Source: a virus
Lineage: Duplodnaviria > Caudoviricetes
Virus record (IMG/VR): IMGVR_UViG_3300027886_000011
Coordinates: 1-31,800 of that record
Reading direction: 5' to 3' (one strand)
Length of the DNA: 31,800 nucleotides
Shown: piece after piece, positions 26,636 to 31,800 of the stretch
Position numbering within the stretch: the stretch's first letter is position 1
Layout: each line of letters starts with the position of its first letter
Notes under the pieces: model-generated
The model's input: only the letters and a program-made list of their open reading frames with translations
What the model was told of the DNA's origin: nothing
The model's database searches: none
Made by a program: the position numbers and the translations under genes

Positions 26636-27816
26636 GCGTAGAATATCTACCCGTTGGAATTGCGTGTAATATCAAGTGCGGCTATTGCTATCAAGACCCA
26701 ATGCGGGAAGCGGGTAACATCAATGTCCCAAGAGACTGGTCTAAGGCACAGAAACAACTTGATAGACTTGGTCAGAGCTTTGCTGTCTTTGGAGGAGAAC
26801 CGCTTCTTGCTCCTATCAAACATCTCGAAGAGGTATGGAAATTTGGTCTCGAGAGATTTGGGAGCAATGGAATCCAAACCAATGGGTCACTCATTACAGA
26901 CGAACATATTGAGCTCTTCGCCAAATACAGAGTACAAGTAGGTATCTCGATAGATGGTCCAGCTTATATGAATTCGGTTCGATGTGATATTGAACTAACT
27001 ACCAAGACAGAGATTGCAATTATTAAACTCTGTGGTGTTGGCATCATTCCGTCTATCATCTGCACGATCCATCGAGGTAACAATGACCTTCCTCGTCTTT
27101 GCAACTGGTTCGATCATCTTAATAGGTGTGGTATCAGGCATCTTAATCTACACGAGATGGAAATCGATTGTGGAAGACATGACCTCGCCCTCTCCGAAGA
27201 AAGACAAATCGAAACTTACTTAGAACTCTATGAGTGGTCGAAGACAACAAAGATGCAGGTTCTACCCTTTGTTGATATCAAGAAACTTCTTACGGAGGAT
27301 TCTCCTAGTGTAATGTGCGTGTGGAATCATTGCGATCCAATTACAACTGCCGCTGTACAAGGAGTATCTCCAGATGGTGTTATGTCAAATTGTGGTAGAA
27401 CTAACAAGGACGGAGTCAACTGGGTCAAAGCTGACACTCCAGGAATTGAGCGATATCTATCTCTTTACAGAACAGATCAAAAGTACGGTGGTTGTCGGGA
27501 TTGTAAGTACTTCGCTTTCTGCAAAGGTCACTGTCCGGGGACTGCCATCGACGGAGATTGGCGAAACCGAACAGTCAATTGCAGACTCTGGTTCTCGCTC
27601 TTTGAGCGAATAGAATCAGATATGATATCTTCAGGAGCGCGCGTGCTCAGCACTTCTGACAAACAAGGTATTATCGATCATCTGCTTGCAGGTGTTCACC
27701 CGGTGAACAGCCACGGAGATGTTCCTCATGGCGACTCACATGGCGATCATACTGATCACGGTATTCCAGCTACAATTCTAAAGGAGATTCCAGAGTGGGC
27801 GACGTCAAAAAGCTAG
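26632..27816 (+). CDS. Radical SAM/SPASM domain maturase
   Basis: CNIKCGYC (CxxxCxxC), GGEPLL, QTNG, GISIDG; SPASM Cx4Cx19C...Cx2Cx5Cx3Cx15C. Confidence 0.95.
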   Translation: MSVEYLPVGIACNIKCGYCYQDPMREAGNINVPRDWSKAQKQLDRLGQSFAVFGGEPLLAPIKHLEEVWKFGLERFGSNGIQTNGSLITDEHIELFAKYRVQVGISIDGPAYMNSVRCDIELTTKTEIAIIKLCGVGIIPSIICTIHRGNNDLPRLCNWFDHLNRCGIRHLNLHEMEIDCGRHDLALSEERQIETYLELYEWSKTTKMQVLPFVDIKKLLTEDSPSVMCVWNHCDPITTAAVQGVSPDGVMSNCGRTNKDGVNWVKADTPGIERYLSLYRTDQKYGGCRDCKYFAFCKGHCPGTAIDGDWRNRTVNCRLWFSLFERIESDMISSGARVLSTSDKQGIIDHLLAGVHPVNSHGDVPHGDSHGDHTDHGIPATILKEIPEWATSKS

Positions 27817-29138
27817 ATTTTGTAATTCCAGATTTTCTTCGTGTCGTTTGGACTTCAGAAGCTGCGCGAGAATTCTGGCAATCAAAGATTAATGCGCTCT
27901 CAAATCTATGGAAAGGCGTTGAGCTACTTACACTGATCGATAGTTTGAGACCTGGAATCTTACAGAGTGTTGAGCCTTTAGTTCTACCAGAGCTACAACT
28001 TTGGGCACTTAAGCATAATGTACAGATGGCTATTGTAGGTGTTGATGGCGCTACCCAGGGATCTTATGCGAATGCTACTATTCCGTATGAGTCTGGTAAG
28101 CGATTCACCTACCGAGTCTATTTCGGTCTAGAACCAGAGAGATTCCTAGATGCGTGGCGCGCTCAAGACGATATCACTATTGGTCACATGCTTGACTTTC
28201 CTGATTGTTGCGTCAGGTTTTTTCAAAAGCATTGGAAAGAGTCGGGATGGAGAGACTACACAGCTTTAACTTTTGACTCTAGAGACCAAAAGAATGCAGT
28301 CTACAACAATGTGCTACTCCGCCACATTGGGATTAGGGGAGTTTTCCACCTTCCCTGTTCTGTAGACTGCAGAGCTAGCATCAAACGAGGTCAAGAGATC
28401 TTGCAATTAATGGACAATAATAAGCTCAATAGAGAAATGAGTTGGTTGGAAGAGCTACTCTCTATGCCAATGCAGTGGACATCATTGCATGGTATTGCTA
28501 TTGTTGTCACTCCTATTCTAAAGACTATTTATGCAAGTGACGCACTTGCACACAAAGTTACGCTTAACTTACATAGTGATGACTATCCACAGTATGGTGC
28601 AAGTGGCAATCAATTCCCATTTACCAATGTCCTACCACTTAAATTCAACAAACATTGGAATGGGTTTAGGTCCCTTGAAGCCATGCAAACCGCACACGAC
28701 TTTATCGTTTCTATCTTACCTGAGATAAAGGGTAAGGTTCTAGACCTAGGCTGTGGTACAGGCCAACTCCTCAAGGCTATACAAAAGGCGCACCCTAACA
28801 CGTTTCTTTATGGGATAGATTGCGATCCAGCAGCTATAACTAAAGGCGCACAGGGTATCAAGTATTTAGAAATCAACATCTTTGACCACCGAGCATGGGA
28901 GGAAGTTGACCTCACGCTTATTGCAATCCAACGACTGTATGAAGTGCCAGAGTCCAAGGCAATGGCACTTATGGAGGTGATTTACAACTACTCAGATATG
29001 TTACTTCTTTACAGCTACGACGGATGGTTCGATGATGTAGCCAAATTTATCGAGCCCTATTTTGATGTCATGACGACAGCAAACAACCCTGTCGCAAATC
29101 TTAGAGCAGTTCTTTTGAAAGGCAAAGCTCATGTCTAG
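27795..29138 (+). CDS. Cys-motif (DUF483-like) domain fused to class I SAM-dependent methyltransferase
   Basis: GHMLDFPDCCVRFF and FHLPCSVDC; C-terminal KVLDLGCGTG...YGID; GTG start with AAGGAG RBS. Confidence 0.75.
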   Translation: MGDVKKLDFVIPDFLRVVWTSEAAREFWQSKINALSNLWKGVELLTLIDSLRPGILQSVEPLVLPELQLWALKHNVQMAIVGVDGATQGSYANATIPYESGKRFTYRVYFGLEPERFLDAWRAQDDITIGHMLDFPDCCVRFFQKHWKESGWRDYTALTFDSRDQKNAVYNNVLLRHIGIRGVFHLPCSVDCRASIKRGQEILQLMDNNKLNREMSWLEELLSMPMQWTSLHGIAIVVTPILKTIYASDALAHKVTLNLHSDDYPQYGASGNQFPFTNVLPLKFNKHWNGFRSLEAMQTAHDFIVSILPEIKGKVLDLGCGTGQLLKAIQKAHPNTFLYGIDCDPAAITKGAQGIKYLEINIFDHRAWEEVDLTLIAIQRLYEVPESKAMALMEVIYNYSDMLLLYSYDGWFDDVAKFIEPYFDVMTTANNPVANLRAVLLKGKAHV

Positions 29139-29682
29139 TGACGATTACGCGCGGCTGTTCTTTCAGACTATCAACAAGCAGCCAGGTCAGCCTGCTGATG
29201 ATTACGAGAAGGTGCTCGGCGAAAGTGGTATTCCAGCAGGCTATGGTCCAAACATCAAGCCTGATGCGTCTATGCCATTCAATGCAATGACGCAGCAGAT
29301 CGGTAGTGATGGTCGTATCGCAGGTCGCATCTTTCTACCTACTGCGACGCCTGACGAGAACAACTATTACACACATCCGTTCTCACCACTACGTGACGGC
29401 CCAACACTAGGCTCGTTGGTCTGGGAATGGCGCGACCTTGGTGGTCCTCCTGTCGTGACACCTGAAGGTGGAGTTAGCCGAGAAGAAGTTAAGGCCATGA
29501 TCGACGCTGCCTTAGGTAACGTCGTGAAACTCAAGGATAAGATTGCGCTTCGCACCAATTCAGGTCTGCTAGCAGGAATTAAAGGCGGTGGACCAACTGT
29601 CAATGATGCTCCGATCAACTGGATCGGCAAGACAGGCGATGCTCATTCCTGGGAGTCGCTAACCATCGAGAGGGGCGAATGA
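29131..29682 (+). CDS. Hypothetical protein with a C-terminal fascin/beta-trefoil-like repeat
   Basis: KIALRTNSGLLAGIKGGG...HSWESLTI resembles one fascin-like repeat. Confidence 0.55.
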   Translation: MSSDDYARLFFQTINKQPGQPADDYEKVLGESGIPAGYGPNIKPDASMPFNAMTQQIGSDGRIAGRIFLPTATPDENNYYTHPFSPLRDGPTLGSLVWEWRDLGGPPVVTPEGGVSREEVKAMIDAALGNVVKLKDKIALRTNSGLLAGIKGGGPTVNDAPINWIGKTGDAHSWESLTIERGE

Positions 29683-31088
29683 ATCCCGCTACAATTCATG
29701 GCTACTGTGACGAGATCGAAATCCTCCTCCAGAAGATTCGGAATGAGGTTGATGATGTCGATCCAGAAATTCCCACGGATGAGATTGTTGTAAGTGAACC
29801 TGGGGATCTTCAACCGTCATTGACAGCTGGGGGTGCGGTTGCTCTAGCTCCTGACGTAGAATTCATTGGTAGCTACGAGTTTGACACTCCAAGTACATCT
29901 CTGCGTGGTCAGGGTGGGAATAAGATTGTTGGGCAAAACAACCCTGCCCTACGTGTAGGTATCGATATTGACAACATCAGAATCCAAACATTGGAAGGTG
30001 AGTCGAATTATGACAGTGTGATTCGTGTCGGTAAAAACGATACAAATCAAGTAGAAGTCGATCAAGCACCCCACACTGTAGCGATTCATCAAGTGTTTGT
30101 CGAATCCCATCGTGGGAAGCGAGGCATTGAGATCAATGCAGCCAATGTTGAAATCATTGACTGCGAGGTACGGGATGTCTACGCCACTAGCAAACAGGAT
30201 AGTCAAGCTATTGCGATCCTGAATGCTCCTGGTCCTGTTCTTATCTCAGGTGGTTATTTCGAGGCCGCCAGTGAGAATATCATGGTCGGTGGTGACAGCA
30301 TGAAGATTCCAAACTGCCGTCCAACAGGAGTCACCATTAAGGATGCAACCTTCACCAAGCCAATCGCTTGGAAAGGAAATCCTGACATCCCGACCAAGAA
30401 TCTCATTGAATTGAAGGATGGGCATGATGTACATATCCTTCGATGTATCCTGACCCATTCATGGGCTAGTGGACAGGACGGCTATGGCTTCATGTTCACA
30501 CCCAAGAATGGTGGATCACTACGAAATGTGGTGGTCGAGGATTGTGAGATGTCTGAAGTTGGTGCGATAGTTAACATCACTGGTCATGACTTCACATCGG
30601 ACGTGGCTTCGACATTGCCCCGTACGCAGGTGACGTTTCATGGTGGTACCTATCTCACAAACAAGACAGCGATGGGCGGCCCTGGTCGGTTCTGTCTTAT
30701 CACTGAAGGCCCAGAGCGGGTGGTGTTCGATGGATTAACGATTGAACACGAAGGCTCGTCGTTTATCGACTATGCCGACAAAGATTCGTGTGATGTCCTA
30801 TATATCCTGAATAGCACCTGGAACTATGGGTCATACGGCCTGCGAATCGGTGGCGCGAATCATGGTGATAACACAGCAGGGATCATCAAGGATCTTCGGA
30901 TTGAAGATAACACGATCCGGGGCGCGCATTCACAGTTCAGATCTCGCTACCCCAATAACATCTACATCGAGGCAATGAGTGCTAAGCGAGAGCGCGAAAT
31001 AGATTCCAAATATGCTGTGCAGGTAATGGAACGTGAAGTATCAGAAGAACTAAAGCGTTTAAGAGCTAGATTAAAATCCGATGTCTAA
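29679..31088 (+). CDS. Right-handed parallel beta-helix protein (tailspike/depolymerase-like)
   Basis: Repeating coils such as NVEIIDCEV, GVTIKDATF, DVHILRCIL, NVVVEDCEM, DLRIEDNTI. Confidence 0.75.
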   Translation: MNPATIHGYCDEIEILLQKIRNEVDDVDPEIPTDEIVVSEPGDLQPSLTAGGAVALAPDVEFIGSYEFDTPSTSLRGQGGNKIVGQNNPALRVGIDIDNIRIQTLEGESNYDSVIRVGKNDTNQVEVDQAPHTVAIHQVFVESHRGKRGIEINAANVEIIDCEVRDVYATSKQDSQAIAILNAPGPVLISGGYFEAASENIMVGGDSMKIPNCRPTGVTIKDATFTKPIAWKGNPDIPTKNLIELKDGHDVHILRCILTHSWASGQDGYGFMFTPKNGGSLRNVVVEDCEMSEVGAIVNITGHDFTSDVASTLPRTQVTFHGGTYLTNKTAMGGPGRFCLITEGPERVVFDGLTIEHEGSSFIDYADKDSCDVLYILNSTWNYGSYGLRIGGANHGDNTAGIIKDLRIEDNTIRGAHSQFRSRYPNNIYIEAMSAKREREIDSKYAVQVMEREVSEELKRLRARLKSDV

Positions 31089-31473
31089 ACTTGAGTTACG
31101 ATCTTTCCGTTGGTCAGACGTTCCAGAAATCAGTAAGATCTGGGAAGAACATCACTCAGATTTGTACGGTCTGCCCAATAGAAGATCGTCAATAGTCGAT
31201 GCTGTTGTTGAAAACGATGGCAAGATTATAGGGTATGGTCAGGTCAAGCTATTCGCAGAGGCCATGCTCTTTCTCGATAAGTCTGCTCCGCTCCGTGCGC
31301 GCGTTGATGCCTTTAGGATGTTAATCCTTGAGGGATTTCGTGGCACGGAGCAAGCAGGCATACAAGAGATTTACGCTTTCTGTGCTGACCCAAACTTCGC
31401 ACTCATAATGCAGAAACATTTCCGTTTCTTCAAAGCAGATAAGCCCGGTGAGTTGCTCGTAAAGGAGCTATGA
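31081..31473 (+). CDS. GNAT-fold protein preceding the ejection-protein module
   Basis: LRSFRWSDVPEISKIW...VVENDGKIIGYG; same position as P22 gp14 / T7 gp13-like genes. Confidence 0.6.
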   Translation: MSKLELRSFRWSDVPEISKIWEEHHSDLYGLPNRRSSIVDAVVENDGKIIGYGQVKLFAEAMLFLDKSAPLRARVDAFRMLILEGFRGTEQAGIQEIYAFCADPNFALIMQKHFRFFKADKPGELLVKEL

Positions 31474-31800
31474 TGGGCGGCAACAAAAAAGAAGTCAATA
31501 AGCAGCTTACCCAAAATACTGGGTATCAGACACAGTTCGAGAACGAACAGAAGCAAAGGTCTGGCGAGGCTTACGACCGAGCTAACGAGGCCTGGGGTGG
31601 GGCGAATAAGCTCTATCAAGACTTTGCTGCGGGTGGTGGTCAGCAATATCTCGATCAAGCCTACGGTTGGAATCCTACTGCTGGTCAGCCCACTGCCGGA
31701 GGAGGTGGTGGTGGTGGTGGTGGTGGTGGTGGCGGGGAAGCAGATTACGAAGCCTCTTATCGCAAGTTCATGAATGGGGGTGGACTTGACCCTACAAAGT
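31473..31800 (+). CDS. Probable internal virion / DNA ejection protein, truncated by the window end
   Basis: Read by hand: AAGGAG RBS, MGGNKKEVNKQL..., Gly/Gln/Ala-rich with a 13-Gly run; open to the end. Confidence 0.6.
   Translation, partial: MGGNKKEVNKQLTQNTGYQTQFENEQKQRSGEAYDRANEAWGGANKLYQDFAAGGGQQYLDQAYGWNPTAGQPTAGGGGGGGGGGGGGEADYEASYRKFMNGGGLDPTK

Noticed and set aside
26046-26675. 209-aa His-rich ORF on the minus strand
   Set aside because: Antisense shadow of the HxD gene: its CAT/GAT-rich repeats give His-rich reverse frames; no RBS or promoter, and it opposes the operon
26632-29138. rSAM plus MTase as a DNA hypermodification (QueE/7-deazaguanine) or restriction-modification module
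   Set aside because: The full SPASM domain and HxD tail fit a peptide or protein maturase; no queC/queD/folE/dpdA in the window; the MTase lacks DNA-MTase catalytic motifs
31698-31736. (GGT)9 microsatellite
   Set aside because: In-frame poly-Gly linker in the ejection-like protein; a triplet unit would not cause phase variation
1-31800. tRNA, rRNA, integrase, DGR reverse transcriptase or lysis genes
   Set aside because: None recognisable by eye in this window; tRNAscan/Infernal were not run

Overview
This window is part of a tailed dsDNA bacteriophage genome with a podovirus-like, P22/T7-type layout; no tape-measure gene is visible. The left ~4 kb is a leftward early region: small genes (LAGLIDADG nuclease, SprT-like HExxH protein, winged-helix-like protein) driven by six near-consensus sigma70 promoters, with repeated palindromic sites and an origin-like segment. 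From ~4.5 kb a rightward, tightly coupled morphogenesis cluster runs through probable TerS, a cold-shock protein, TerL, a 1266-aa polyvalent protein (ART-like + HD + HipA/PI4K-like kinase), portal, scaffold, major capsid, adaptor and nozzle-like proteins, fibre genes, a beta-helix protein, a GNAT and the start of a probable ejection protein. The standout is a three-gene cassette inside the tail module (25817-29138): a protein with ~34 His-Xaa-Asp motifs, a radical SAM/SPASM enzyme with its own His-Xaa-Asp tail, and a Cys-motif/SAM-methyltransferase fusion. It looks like a phage-encoded RiPP-style (triceptide/HxsA-like) modification system, possibly acting on a virion protein. All functional calls come from motif recognition by eye; no database searches were run.
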